IMG/VR virus record: IMGVR_UViG_3300035182_002586
Span: 1 to 64,000 of that record
Reading direction: 5' to 3' (one strand)
DNA length: 64,000 nt
The notes under the pieces were generated by a model. It was not told where the DNA came from, ran no database searches, and saw nothing but the letters and a program-made list of their open reading frames with translations. The position numbers and the translations under genes were made by a program. Of the stretch, positions 19,594 through 29,255 are shown in pieces; within the stretch, counting starts at the first letter, position 1; every line of letters starts with the position of its first letter.

Positions 19594-19797
19594 GATGCGG
19601 AAGAACCCCGTGGCACCGACCCCGAAGGGTGGGGGGGTGCCAAGAAAAGTGCGGCCCGGTGCTCGGGGGCGGTCGTGGCGACGGTACGTGATGCACGCGG
19701 CCGACGACGACAGACTCTTGTAGTGACATACGATTCCCTCTTTGATTTGGGGGTAACCCCCACGAAAAGGGAACGTAAGTACTGGAATTCAAGTCCG

Positions 19798-20313
19798 CTA
19801 GGTCGAGAGGATCTCGAAAGGCATGACCGCCACCAGCTCGGTCTTGAGGTCCACCCCATCCACACACGCTTGGGCGTAGGGATCACCCCACAAGAGAGTC
19901 GTGGGGTCTGCAAGGTCGAATATCTTCCGCCACGACTGCTTCTTGTCGACCCCGGGGAGGGGCTCTCCGTCGTCGTCGATGTCCAACGGAGTGTCGTTCA
20001 AGACCGCGTGCCACGCGTGGAACGACGACCGCAGAACCCTTTCGACGGGCACGTCCAGTATGAGAAGGACCATCCGCTCGCCGATGTTCCCCCACCCGCC
20101 AGCATGGCGAAGTCGACCCACCGGGGACTCGACCCACGCCCAGACCGGGTACTCTCCCGAGAACCCCGGCACACGCGCCGCCATCTCGTTCCGCATCCAG
20201 TCGTACGCAGGCTTCCACGCCGCGTCGATATGGTCGCCTGGTCCCCCCGTGAGTCGTCCTTGCTCTCGACACCGCAGCCAGTGCTGCTCCCCTTGCACAG
20301 TCCAGAGCCTCAT
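19798..20313 (-). CDS. DUF3841-like protein
   Basis: MRLWTVQ, AYDWM..EM, YPVWAW, S.F..WH.VLN, SW..IF, QA motifs. Confidence 0.75.
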   Translation of the reverse strand: MRLWTVQGEQHWLRCREQGRLTGGPGDHIDAAWKPAYDWMRNEMAARVPGFSGEYPVWAWVESPVGRLRHAGGWGNIGERMVLLILDVPVERVLRSSFHAWHAVLNDTPLDIDDDGEPLPGVDKKQSWRKIFDLADPTTLLWGDPYAQACVDGVDLKTELVAVMPFEILST

Positions 20314-20383
20314 CTGCGGGCACCCCCAAACATGCGCGGTCAACCGACTGTGTGCGCCTTCGTTCGGTTACACGTACACCGGA

Positions 20384-21046
20384 TCAGGTAGGAGGTCTCT
20401 TGATCTTTGCAGCCTCCCTCTTTTTCCGTAGGGAGACTTCCCGCACCACTTCGGAGTACGGGTTGAGCAGGTAGAGCCCACCTGGAGCAGTCACCTCGTA
20501 AACGAGGTTGGCCCGCCACCCGTTTGCGTCGAGTGCATCCCACACACGCCCCCGGGCTTCCCACTCGCGAGCACTGATGTTCCTCGGGCGGTCGGTGTTG
20601 TTCCAGTAGGCGAAGTCGACGACCCTTGGATCTCGACGTAGGAACGAGAAAACGTCCCCCCACATGGAATCCTTCCGCTTCACGCCGAAGGGCATCCCCC
20701 GATGCGGGATGATGTAGATCTCTTTCTTGTACTCGCGAAAGACGAGAGACGCAGAGAAGTCGAAGGGGTTGTTCTCAGCCGAACCGAGCTGACCCAGGTA
20801 CCCTTTGATCATCTTCATATCGGCGAACCCGAGGCGAGCCAGTTCCTCGTCTTTCTCTACGTAAGAAGACGTCTTGTACTTCTGGTACTCGTCACTCGAC
20901 GTGTCGATGTTCGACGCGAGGCCCACGAGCACCTTCTTGAGGATCGTCTTCGCCGCCAGCTCAGCCTTCTGCTGCACATCACGCACGAAGGGCCAGAGAT
21001 CCTTCGCGTTCACCATCTTGTAGGCTTCGTACACCTTCGTGCTCAC
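20384..21046 (-). CDS. hypothetical protein
   Basis: 220-aa ORF coupled to the BtpA gene (GTGA overlap). Confidence 0.7.
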   Translation of the reverse strand: MSTKVYEAYKMVNAKDLWPFVRDVQQKAELAAKTILKKVLVGLASNIDTSSDEYQKYKTSSYVEKDEELARLGFADMKMIKGYLGQLGSAENNPFDFSASLVFREYKKEIYIIPHRGMPFGVKRKDSMWGDVFSFLRRDPRVVDFAYWNNTDRPRNISAREWEARGRVWDALDANGWRANLVYEVTAPGGLYLLNPYSEVVREVSLRKKREAAKIKRPPT

Positions 21047-21768
21047 GGCGTACCTCTCAGGTCGATGTGCCGGCCGTACTTCTTGGCTCGGTGGATCTTG
21101 TCCGACAGGTCTCGTGTGAGACCTTCATCGAGAACTCCCAGAGACGATTCGATACCCGTTGCGACGAGGAACGCGTCCACGTGTTCCAAGTAGGGGTCGA
21201 CGTTCTTGGGCGTGATGCCGCTGGCCACAGCGAGAGGGTGCGTGTCCCCAAGAGCCTGACGGAACGTCCGAATTTTCTCTTCGGTCGGAGGGACCCCCGT
21301 GGCATCCCCGCTTGTCGTCACGACATCGACGAACGGGACAGCCTTCTTCACGATGTCCTTGATCTGATCGAGGGCGACGGGGGCCCGGTACTTGAACGCC
21401 ACGCCGCCAAAGTAGGCGCCCTGCCACCCACCCTGCTCGGCAATCTCCCTGGCCCGCATGAAGGCGACGGGGACCAGCGGGGACTCCAGCCCGGCGTCAT
21501 CGGACCAGAGCATCTGCGCACCCACGGACGCCAGCCTGCGTACGGTGATAGCCGCGGGAGACGAAAGAAGGTTGATCCCGACGGGGAGCGTGGGGTACTG
21601 CGCTCGCAGCTTCACAGCCAGAGCCAGCACCCCTTCGGCGCTCATCCCCTGGTCGATGAGGAACACCCCATCGGCACCGACACCCACAGCCACCCCCACG
21701 CTTCGGAGGGCTGCCTTGGTGTTGACGGGATGGATGACCGGGAAGAAAACGGGGCCGGGGAGGAGCAT
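21043..21768 (-). CDS. BtpA/SgcQ-family TIM-barrel protein
   Basis: PVIH, GADGVFLI, GINLL, GGVAFKY, TSG.ATG, ASGITP.N, FLVATGI. Confidence 0.75.
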   Translation of the reverse strand: MLLPGPVFFPVIHPVNTKAALRSVGVAVGVGADGVFLIDQGMSAEGVLALAVKLRAQYPTLPVGINLLSSPAAITVRRLASVGAQMLWSDDAGLESPLVPVAFMRAREIAEQGGWQGAYFGGVAFKYRAPVALDQIKDIVKKAVPFVDVVTTSGDATGVPPTEEKIRTFRQALGDTHPLAVASGITPKNVDPYLEHVDAFLVATGIESSLGVLDEGLTRDLSDKIHRAKKYGRHIDLRGTP

Positions 21769-21779
21769 CCCGCTCTCCC

Positions 21780-21968
21780 CTACACCGGGTTCAGCGGTGG
21801 AGTGTTCTTGCGTGCTGCCTCACGGCGACGGGCCAGAGCCTCCAGGATGCGCCCGAACAAGTTCTGAGGGATCCCGGCGCGGCGAACCATGTCGACGCGC
21901 TCTCTTGTCTGTGCTTCGGCGTCCGCGCCGTCAGCTTGCGCCCACCACGGGGTTTCCTCGGTTTTCAC
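21780..21968 (-). CDS. small hypothetical protein
   Basis: GTG 12 nt after GGTGTA. Confidence 0.5.
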   Translation of the reverse strand: MKTEETPWWAQADGADAEAQTRERVDMVRRAGIPQNLFGRILEALARRREAARKNTPPLNPV

Positions 21969-22040
21969 AGACAAGTTCTACACCGGCAGGGCCACCCGCC
22001 CGGGTCCGATCCTTCTTGTACGGGGGTATAGTCCGCCCCC

Positions 22041-23066
22041 ATGACGACGTTGCGCATTCGGCGTCCGGACGACTTCCACGTGCACCTGCGAGAAGGGGCG
22101 ATGCTCCAGCTCGTGTCCCCCTGGACGGCGCGGGATTTTGCACGAGCGCTGGTCATGCCGAACACGCAAAGTCCGATCCGAATCGCGGAGGAGGCCCTTG
22201 TCTACCGGCAAGCTGTCCTCGACGCTTGCCTCTGCTCCTCGTTCAACCCCCTCATGACGATCAAGATCGGCCCGTGGACAACCCCGGCGATCATCGAGGA
22301 AGCAAAGTCCGCCGGAATCGTTGCCGGCAAGGTCTACCCCGAGGGTGTCACCACGAACTCAGATGATGGGGCCCGGTCCGTAGACGACCTCTTCCCCGTG
22401 TTCGAGGCCATGGAGAAGCACGGCATGGTGCTCAGCCTCCACGGAGAAGATCCCGATGCGTTCTGCTTGGACCGCGAGGTTGCTTTCCTACCGACCTTGC
22501 GTCGTATCGCTGCCATCTTCCCACGCTTGAAGATTGTCCTAGAACACATCACGACACAGGCCGCCGTGACCGAGATCACGGCGTTGCCCGATACTGTCGC
22601 AGCGACGATCACCGTCCACCACCTGTTGCTCACTCTCGATGATGTCGTCGGACGGGAGATCGACCCACACCACTTCTGTAAGCCTCTTGCGAAGCGTCCC
22701 TCGGACAGGGATTCGTTGCGCGCTGCGGCACTGTCAGGATCTCCGAAGTTCTTTCTTGGCACGGACTCTGCACCCCACGCCCTCGACAAGAAAGAAGGCG
22801 CAAGCGGTTGCGCCGGGGTTTTCAGCGCTCCTACGGCCATACCCCTCCTCGCGGAATTCTTCGAGGAAGCTGGCTGTCTGCACCGACTGGAGGCGTTCAC
22901 GTCGGAGTTCGGCGCTCGATTCTACGACCTACCCCTGAACGAAGGGGTGATGCGTCTCACGAAGGTTACCCCACCGCGTGTCGGGTGTCCTACCGTAGGG
23001 GGGCCAGGCACACCCACGGTGAGAGTGTTTCGAGGAACACGTCCCGGTTTGTGGCGACGTACCTGA
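22041..23066 (+). CDS. pyrC: dihydroorotase (homodimeric, E. coli type)
   Basis: RPDDFHVHLREG, KVYP.G.TTNS, LHGE, LEHITT, FLGTDSAPH. Confidence 0.95.
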   Translation: MTTLRIRRPDDFHVHLREGAMLQLVSPWTARDFARALVMPNTQSPIRIAEEALVYRQAVLDACLCSSFNPLMTIKIGPWTTPAIIEEAKSAGIVAGKVYPEGVTTNSDDGARSVDDLFPVFEAMEKHGMVLSLHGEDPDAFCLDREVAFLPTLRRIAAIFPRLKIVLEHITTQAAVTEITALPDTVAATITVHHLLLTLDDVVGREIDPHHFCKPLAKRPSDRDSLRAAALSGSPKFFLGTDSAPHALDKKEGASGCAGVFSAPTAIPLLAEFFEEAGCLHRLEAFTSEFGARFYDLPLNEGVMRLTKVTPPRVGCPTVGGPGTPTVRVFRGTRPGLWRRT

Positions 23067-23126
23067 CACACCCCTATGACGAAAAGCCCCTGTACAGACG
23101 AGGGTTTACGTGTAGAGTAAGGGGTA

Positions 23127-23366
23127 ATGGAGACCCCCAAGGAACCCAAGAAGAAGTCGAGGCGCGGCTTTGCCGCGATGGATCCGGACAAGCAGAAGGC
23201 GATCGCGAAGGCGGGGGGCCGAGCGGCGCACGCAAAGGGAACAGCACACACGTTCTCGCCCGACGAGGCTCGTGAAGCGGGCCGTAAGGGCGGGCAGAAG
23301 GCAGCCGAGAAGCGTCGTGAGAAAAGCGACGAGACTGCTGCCCCTGACAGTGGCCGCGCGGCCTAG
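23127..23366 (+). CDS. KGG-repeat general stress protein (YciG/Con-10-like)
   Basis: RGFAAMD...IA..GGRAAH..G.AH.F...EAREAGRKGG. Confidence 0.85.
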   Translation: METPKEPKKKSRRGFAAMDPDKQKAIAKAGGRAAHAKGTAHTFSPDEAREAGRKGGQKAAEKRREKSDETAAPDSGRAA

Positions 23367-23444
23367 ACCACACGCGAGAAGCCCAGCAGCTCTTGGATGC
23401 TACGAACCGTACTCGGGAAGTGGCTCAAACTTGCGCATGAGATT

Positions 23445-24194
23445 CTACTCGATTCGAAGCTGTGCCGATGTCTCTTGAGAGAGATCCTCCGGTAGTAAGC
23501 CTCCGGCTCGACGGTACGAGCGCGTGGAACTCTCCCGGCGAAGCCGGTATCGCTCTCTCAGGAGGGCTTTCACTGCGGACGGATGATCGTTGAGCTGGAT
23601 CTCTTTGTCCTCGGAATGTCCGAGAAGACCCTGCCCTCCTACCACGTCCGCGTGACTCTTTCTGCCGCACGCGCGGCAGTGGAACTTAGTGCCCGAACGG
23701 TTCGCACGGGACACATACCAGCAGCTCGGGCACGTCTGGCTTGAATATGCTGGGTTGACGACCTCGCACGGGGCCTTCGTGACCAAGCTGTGATGCAACG
23801 CCCTGTAGGCGAACCTCTTGGTCCCCTTACATCCACGAAGGTCAAGATCCTCTATGACGAATACGGCACCTGGGTGGGCCACAACGAGCTTGTTTGCACA
23901 CTCGCCCGCCATCGTCTTGACCATGCCGGTGAGGCGGGACTCCAGGCGGTCTAGCCTCGGGCTGTTGTCCTTGAAGCCTTGGCGCTGACGGTTCGCTCGT
24001 AGGTCACGTACCTTGCTGTAGAGCGCGTTGAACTTGGGCTTGAGCGAGGCGCCGAAAAGCCGCCCTAACCGGAGGGCTTGCTCGGCAAGTCTCTCCGACT
24101 GGACACCCGTGTCCGTGGACAACTTCGCGTACAGCTCCTCTGCCGTCGTCAGGAACGGGGACAGGGAGCGCGAAGGTGGCCGGTACTCACTCAC
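23445..24194 (-). mobile_element. tnpB: truncated/chimeric TnpB (IS200/IS605-type) remnant
   Basis: IEDL (RuvC-II), VNPAYSSQTCPSC...CRACG..HAD (Zn ribbon, RuvC-III); RuvC-I Asp and N-terminal lobe absent. Confidence 0.75.
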
Positions 24195-24230
24195 ACCCTA
24201 AGGAGGGTATGAGAAGGTCCGCGGCCGAGG

Positions 24231-24404
24231 TTACTTGAGGTTCTCGGTGAAGAGCGCCGACAGGTCGATGTTCGCGGCTTTCAGCCCCTTCACCGCCTCT
24301 TCGTTGGAGACCCTGTGGTGCCGCAGCTCCACAACGATCTTCGCGACGGCCTCGTGAAGCCCATCACTGATGACCTCTCGCGCCCGATCGACCTTCTCGC
24401 TCAT
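24231..24404 (-). CDS. 57-aa hypothetical protein
   Basis: ATG 24404 preceded by AGGAGAGGG RBS. Confidence 0.55.
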   Translation of the reverse strand: MSEKVDRAREVISDGLHEAVAKIVVELRHHRVSNEEAVKGLKAANIDLSALFTENLK

Positions 24405-24426
24405 GTGATCGCCCTCTCCTGTGATC

Positions 24427-24975
24427 CTACCTCGTCGTGGACGAGGGGAGCAACTTTTCAGGGTCGAACGGCGGTAGAGGCGCCGACACCTGGATGCGCA
24501 AGAGGCGGAACAAGACCTTTTTCCACCACGGCAGGCGGATGATGGGCTCCGAGGAGAGGACCCAGTACAAGGTGTGTACCTCAGGCAGGTTCTCCCTGAG
24601 CCACGCGTCATCTTGCATCTGGCTGGTGAACTCCACCCACAGATCTTCCTTCGAGGTCCGTGGGTGGAAGATCGGGCAGCGCTGTGCGTCGATAGGGTCT
24701 TCGCAGATCGTCCCCGGCCACTGCTCGATGCTTTCCGCGCCGAGCATGCACAACCCCATCGTCTGGAGCACGGGAAGCCCTCGCTCCCCTTCGCGTGTGA
24801 TGCGATTGTAGTTCTCGTTCGGCGCCCCCTCGACACCCTTCCGTGTGTCGAGGGGCTGCTGGTGGTTGTGCGTACACAGGCGCGGAAGGCGCTGGTGAGC
24901 CAACGCCACGCGGCGGTCCAGCTCCTCGACGAGGAGACCCCTGATACGGTCCTCGATCTCCTCTGTCGTTCTCAT
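24427..24975 (-). CDS. hypothetical protein (Cys cluster)
   Basis: ATGA overlap with the SbcC-C stop. Confidence 0.65.
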   Translation of the reverse strand: MRTTEEIEDRIRGLLVEELDRRVALAHQRLPRLCTHNHQQPLDTRKGVEGAPNENYNRITREGERGLPVLQTMGLCMLGAESIEQWPGTICEDPIDAQRCPIFHPRTSKEDLWVEFTSQMQDDAWLRENLPEVHTLYWVLSSEPIIRLPWWKKVLFRLLRIQVSAPLPPFDPEKLLPSSTTR

Positions 24976-25670
24976 GCTGCCTTCCCTCGTATGTGACGGA
25001 GCCCCAAGCGCTTGTACCCACCGTCCAGGGCCTCCTCGTGCCCCATGTACGCGTGATCGGCGTGGTCGAGGAACTCCGGCTTGTGGGTCACCAGCAGTAC
25101 ATCTACACCCATCGAGGCGCACAGGCGTTGCAGGAAGCGACCCGTGGCCTCGACGTACTCCGCCGAGATGGCAGGGAGGGTCTCGTCTAGCAGTAAGAGG
25201 GGGGCCCGTCCGAGGCGACGGAGCGCGAAGACCCGCAGGAACAGCGAGACGATGGTGGACGGCCCCCCACCGAAAGCATCGAGGGGGTTGTCCTTGATGA
25301 CCAGCGCGTCCTTGCCCTGCTTGAGGAACAGGTCCATCTCGACGCGGTTGGCCCGCTGGACGACCTCAGCCTCGAACGAGAGTTCCTGGTCGTGGAAGAT
25401 GGCCTCCAGGCCCTCGGTGACCAGGCCCTCTACGATGGCCTTCTGCTTCTCGACGAGCTTGTCCATCAGCGAGCGAAACAGCTCGCTGACCATGGTGAGC
25501 TTGGTGGCCTTACTTTGAAGCGTGGCCACCTCTACACGACGGCTCTCGGTCTCTGTTTCCAGTCGGTCCCGAAGGGTGCGGTGGCGGGCAGCAGTCTCCC
25601 GCAACGCACGCACCCTCGGACCGAAGCTGGAAGTCAGTCCATCGACGGCGTGAACCGCGTCACCCGGCAT
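24972..25670 (-). CDS. sbcC: SbcC/Rad50 C-terminal half (ABC-ATPase signature lobe)
   Basis: Coiled coil, signature FGGG, Walker B LLLLDE, H-loop VTH; no Walker A. Confidence 0.8.
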   Translation of the reverse strand: MPGDAVHAVDGLTSSFGPRVRALRETAARHRTLRDRLETETESRRVEVATLQSKATKLTMVSELFRSLMDKLVEKQKAIVEGLVTEGLEAIFHDQELSFEAEVVQRANRVEMDLFLKQGKDALVIKDNPLDAFGGGPSTIVSLFLRVFALRRLGRAPLLLLDETLPAISAEYVEATGRFLQRLCASMGVDVLLVTHKPEFLDHADHAYMGHEEALDGGYKRLGLRHIRGKAA

Positions 25671-26956
25671 TCGTACGTCCCTTCGGGCTTCTTCTCCCCG
25701 CCCGCGCCCACGGCGAGGCGGTTGTCACTGTCGACGAGGTACGTGTCGATCGTGCGGAACATCGCGCGTTCCTTCGACTGCTTCTCGTCAGCCGGGCGAA
25801 CGTGGATGCGCAGCTCAACCTCCTCGGCCTTCGCGCCGTCGAAGAGCGAGATCATGTTGTCGATGTTGACGTTGAAGGCGAAGTCGCGCGGCTCCGAGAG
25901 GACGATCATGTTGTCGTCGATCTGGACCGGCCTCGTGCGCCCCTTGTCCTTGCTCTCGTTGACGTAGAAACGCAGCGACTTCTCCGCCGCCGACCAGCTC
26001 AGACGGATCTTCTTGGCGTCCTTGTTGAGCGTGGCCTTCGTGTACCGGAGCACGGCGAGGATCTTGTCGCGGTTGACGCGCAGAACCCACTGGTCGGTCT
26101 TGAGCCCGTAGTAGCTGAACTTGCCGTGCGTCTTGAGGTGGTGCGTCCACCCGATGACGTGCGTGCGTCCCGGGCGAGGCTCCGGAGGGGTCTCGCCCTC
26201 CTTGACCACGGGCGCGGGGGCCAGCTCCTCAGAGAGGGCGAAGATCTTGTTGCGGTTCGTCTTGAACGTGACCTTCCCCTTCACCTTCGAGAGGAAGTTC
26301 ATCAGGTGGCTGAGGTGCTTCCCGTGGACAGCCAGCCCCAAGTTCGCCGAGGCGAACGCGTCCGAGTAGAAGTAGAACGCCTGGCGGGCGTTCGAGGCGA
26401 AGAGAGTGCCCTTCCCCTTCTCCCACTCGGGCTTGCTCTCGTCGAAGATCTGGAGCGTCTTGAAGTTGTCCTCGGCCTTCTCGTCGTCGGCCTTCGCGAG
26501 GAAGTTCTTCGACAGGGCGATGGCGTCGCGGAGGATCTCGACGGAGAAGTCGCGGCCCTCTGCGGCCTCTTCCAGCTCCTTGTCGAGGGACGCCATCAGC
26601 TTCGGGTCGAACGCGATCATCTCGCGGTCGTCGCCGCTAGAGGTCGAGTAGGACACGACGTACTGTCCGTTGTCGTCCTTGGCGGTGAACGTGATCTCCT
26701 CCCCGTCGAGGTACTTGAACGGCTCGATCGACGCCGACGGGTAGATGAACGCACCCTCACCCTCGACCTCGATGAGGGCGACTTGGGCTCGGGTCGTGTG
26801 CATGCTGTCCTGTGAGTAGATGGAGAGCATCTCCCCACGCACGACGAACAGGTAGCCGGCGGCCCCCTGCGCGTTCACGGGACGCGGTTGGACGATAGAG
26901 ACGATTTCGAGGGCGTCCTTGAGCTTCGACGCGTCCAGCTTGAATCTGATGTTCAT
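25634..26956 (-). CDS. DNA polymerase beta sliding-clamp-like protein
   Basis: N-terminus follows the DnaN pattern (F.L....L..AL..VS......P......L.V....L.I...D...EGEG....P); about 440 aa; replication/repair context. Confidence 0.6.
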   Translation of the reverse strand: MNIRFKLDASKLKDALEIVSIVQPRPVNAQGAAGYLFVVRGEMLSIYSQDSMHTTRAQVALIEVEGEGAFIYPSASIEPFKYLDGEEITFTAKDDNGQYVVSYSTSSGDDREMIAFDPKLMASLDKELEEAAEGRDFSVEILRDAIALSKNFLAKADDEKAEDNFKTLQIFDESKPEWEKGKGTLFASNARQAFYFYSDAFASANLGLAVHGKHLSHLMNFLSKVKGKVTFKTNRNKIFALSEELAPAPVVKEGETPPEPRPGRTHVIGWTHHLKTHGKFSYYGLKTDQWVLRVNRDKILAVLRYTKATLNKDAKKIRLSWSAAEKSLRFYVNESKDKGRTRPVQIDDNMIVLSEPRDFAFNVNIDNMISLFDGAKAEEVELRIHVRPADEKQSKERAMFRTIDTYLVDSDNRLAVGAGGEKKPEGTYECRVTRFTPSMD

Positions 26957-26966
26957 CCGTGCATCC

Positions 26967-27245
26967 TCACTTCTTGTTGAAGGCGTCGAGGGCTTTCTCG
27001 GCCTCGGCCAGGTCCTTTTCGTAGGTGGCGATCTCTGCGAGCAGCTCCTTTTCGAGCAGCTCCTTGTCCGCCGCGAGCGTCTGGGGGTTCCGACCGGCGG
27101 CCCGGATCTCCTTGATCAGCTCGACCAGCTCTTCTTTCTTGGCCTGGAGCTGCCCCTGGAGACCCGCCTTCTTCTTCTCGAAAGACTCCGACCTCTTCGT
27201 GAGGTCCGCGATCTTCTTCTGGATATCATCCGGCGTCGTCGTCAT
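26967..27245 (-). CDS. small coiled-coil protein
   Basis: 92 aa of heptad repeats; GAGGAG RBS. Confidence 0.75.
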   Translation of the reverse strand: MTTTPDDIQKKIADLTKRSESFEKKKAGLQGQLQAKKEELVELIKEIRAAGRNPQTLAADKELLEKELLAEIATYEKDLAEAEKALDAFNKK

Positions 27246-27289
27246 CGCTCATCTCCTCTAGTTCCTGGGGTACACGAACGCCGCCAGGG

Positions 27290-28279
27290 TCATAGCCCCA
27301 CGTCCTCTACACCCGTTCCATCGGCGGGGACGGAGGAAACGGTCGACGGCAGCGTAGTCTTCTCGGACTCCTCCCAGACCTTGCCCGTCGGGCAAATCTG
27401 GAGGTATTTACACAACTTGCAGTGGGTGGGGCCGGGGTGGGGAGGGAACCACTCGTTCCCGAGGGCTTCCTTCGCTTCCGGGGTGGTTGCGAGGGACAGA
27501 CGAACACGGCCCGTCTCGATGGTCTCGACCACTTCCAGCAGGTGCGCGCGAAGACCGTCTACCTCTGCGGCTGACAGGGACACCCACGACATGGCCTTGT
27601 CTGGCTCTTTGCGCCAGAGGATGAAGCCCACCCGATCCGGCAGGCGCTTCGTCCTCTCTCGCCAGAGCATCGAGTACCAGACGAGCTGCGTCTCATCGAG
27701 GAACTTGTCCCCCCAACGGCTCCCCTTGCCGTCGAGGATGTGCCTCTCCTTGTTCTCGTGCGCGATCACGAAGTCGGCGCGACCTACGTAGGTGTGGTCA
27801 CCGATCTGCGCGTCGAGCTTCAACTCGGCGTAGGCCGCTGCCCCTGTGAGCCCGTGCTGGCGAACGATTTCGATGCCGCGAGGGATGGCGGTCTTGATGT
27901 CGTCCAAGAGCGCCTCACGGCTCACGTAGTTGGCCTTCGGATCCTGCCCCTCTCCGTTGCCCTTCCAGCGGATGGCGTTGCGGGCCCACTCCTCCGGGTC
28001 CGCCTTGATCTCCTCTGCCGTGTTCCGGGCGGCCGCCACCAGCTCGTTGAGTTCCCGGTCCAGGAGCTTCTCCCCGAGAGTCAGCATGAACTCTTCGTGG
28101 CCAGGGCGTTTCCAGAGCGTCTTCTCGAAGAAGATCTCGAACGTCTTGCCCACGATGGTCCCGAACAAGGCGTTGACCTTGTTCTCCGGCATCGGCAGCG
28201 CCGGCTTCGTCACGTACTGGTACATGTACGCGCGAGGGCACCCGTCATACAGCTTCCAGCCGGAGTAGGAGAGGAACAT
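27290..28279 (-). CDS. PD-(D/E)XK RecB/Cas4-like exonuclease
   Basis: LSYS...Y..CPR, E...GRADFV, ILDGK, QL..Y, C-terminal CKLC...C. Confidence 0.85.
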   Translation of the reverse strand: MFLSYSGWKLYDGCPRAYMYQYVTKPALPMPENKVNALFGTIVGKTFEIFFEKTLWKRPGHEEFMLTLGEKLLDRELNELVAAARNTAEEIKADPEEWARNAIRWKGNGEGQDPKANYVSREALLDDIKTAIPRGIEIVRQHGLTGAAAYAELKLDAQIGDHTYVGRADFVIAHENKERHILDGKGSRWGDKFLDETQLVWYSMLWRERTKRLPDRVGFILWRKEPDKAMSWVSLSAAEVDGLRAHLLEVVETIETGRVRLSLATTPEAKEALGNEWFPPHPGPTHCKLCKYLQICPTGKVWEESEKTTLPSTVSSVPADGTGVEDVGL

Positions 28280-28280
28280 C

Positions 28281-29255
28281 TCAGCCCACCTCGGCGCGTG
28301 CCCGCTGGAGGTACTCGCGCGCGAGGTCCTGGACATCGCGCGCATAGGACATGGACGCCAGCGTCTCCTCGATGGAGGCTGACGGGTCGATGTTCGCGTC
28401 GTTCTTGAGGCGCTCGACGAACTGCTCGATCTCCTTGCCCTCTTTCTCTTCCCGCTCCTTGCGATCGAGGTCGAATACGTCTGCGGGCGCAGCTACGACG
28501 AGGGGGATGGGCGTCACCCGGAACGACCCCTTCGTGAACTCGAAGTGGGCGACCTTCGGGGTGCGCTCCAGGTTCTCACGGATCAGCGCCCCCCGGCTCA
28601 CGGCCCCCAAGTTGACGAACTTGCGGCCACGCAGGTCCACGATCCCCTGGTCCTTGTGCCAGTGCCCGAACGCGAACACGTCGGGCCCGTCTTCGGTGAG
28701 CAGCTCTGCGTAGCGGAAGACAGGCTCTCCGAAGAAGTCCTCCACGGAGGCGGGAGGGTTCTCCGAGGCGAGCTGGTGGATGATCACGACGAGGAAGTCA
28801 TCCCCGGGCTTCTTCTGCACGGCACGGATCTCGTCCGCCGTCCGGTGAGGGCTGTACGGCATGCCTACGACACGCACGCGCACCCCATCCGAGTCGAAGA
28901 CCGTCTCTCGGAGCTGCTTGAAGACGCCTGCCGCGTAGAGCACGCCGAGGGGCTGCCTTTCGATGCTCGCGAGGTCGTTGTAGGCGATGTCGTGGTTGCC
29001 CTCCACGCAGTGGACCGGGCACGTGTAGTCCTGGTGCAACCGGGCCGTGTGCTCGACGAGCCCATGACTGTTGCGGCTCGCGGCCTTCACGTGGAAGTAG
29101 TCGCCCCCGTCAAGGATCGCAGAAGCCCCCCGCTCTCGCGCGAGGACCCCGATCTGGCGCACGTTCTCCCAGATCTCCGCCGGGTAGTCACCCTTCCACG
29201 AGATCGGACTGCGATCTGCGACGTGGGTGTCAGTCCGGTAGATGAACGACGGCAT
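28281..29255 (-). CDS. sbcD: SbcD/Mre11 metallophosphoesterase nuclease
   Basis: DTH, GDYFH, GNHD, GHWH motifs; adjacent to SbcC-N. Confidence 0.88.
   Translation of the reverse strand: MPSFIYRTDTHVADRSPISWKGDYPAEIWENVRQIGVLARERGASAILDGGDYFHVKAASRNSHGLVEHTARLHQDYTCPVHCVEGNHDIAYNDLASIERQPLGVLYAAGVFKQLRETVFDSDGVRVRVVGMPYSPHRTADEIRAVQKKPGDDFLVVIIHQLASENPPASVEDFFGEPVFRYAELLTEDGPDVFAFGHWHKDQGIVDLRGRKFVNLGAVSRGALIRENLERTPKVAHFEFTKGSFRVTPIPLVVAAPADVFDLDRKEREEKEGKEIEQFVERLKNDANIDPSASIEETLASMSYARDVQDLAREYLQRARAEVG

Noticed and set aside
23445-24194. Active Cas12/TnpB nuclease
   Set aside because: Lacks the RuvC-I Asp and the N-terminal recognition lobe.
27290-28279. Cas4 as part of a CRISPR-Cas system
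   Set aside because: No cas1/cas2 or array; it sits in a recombination operon, as is usual for phage PD-(D/E)XK exonucleases.
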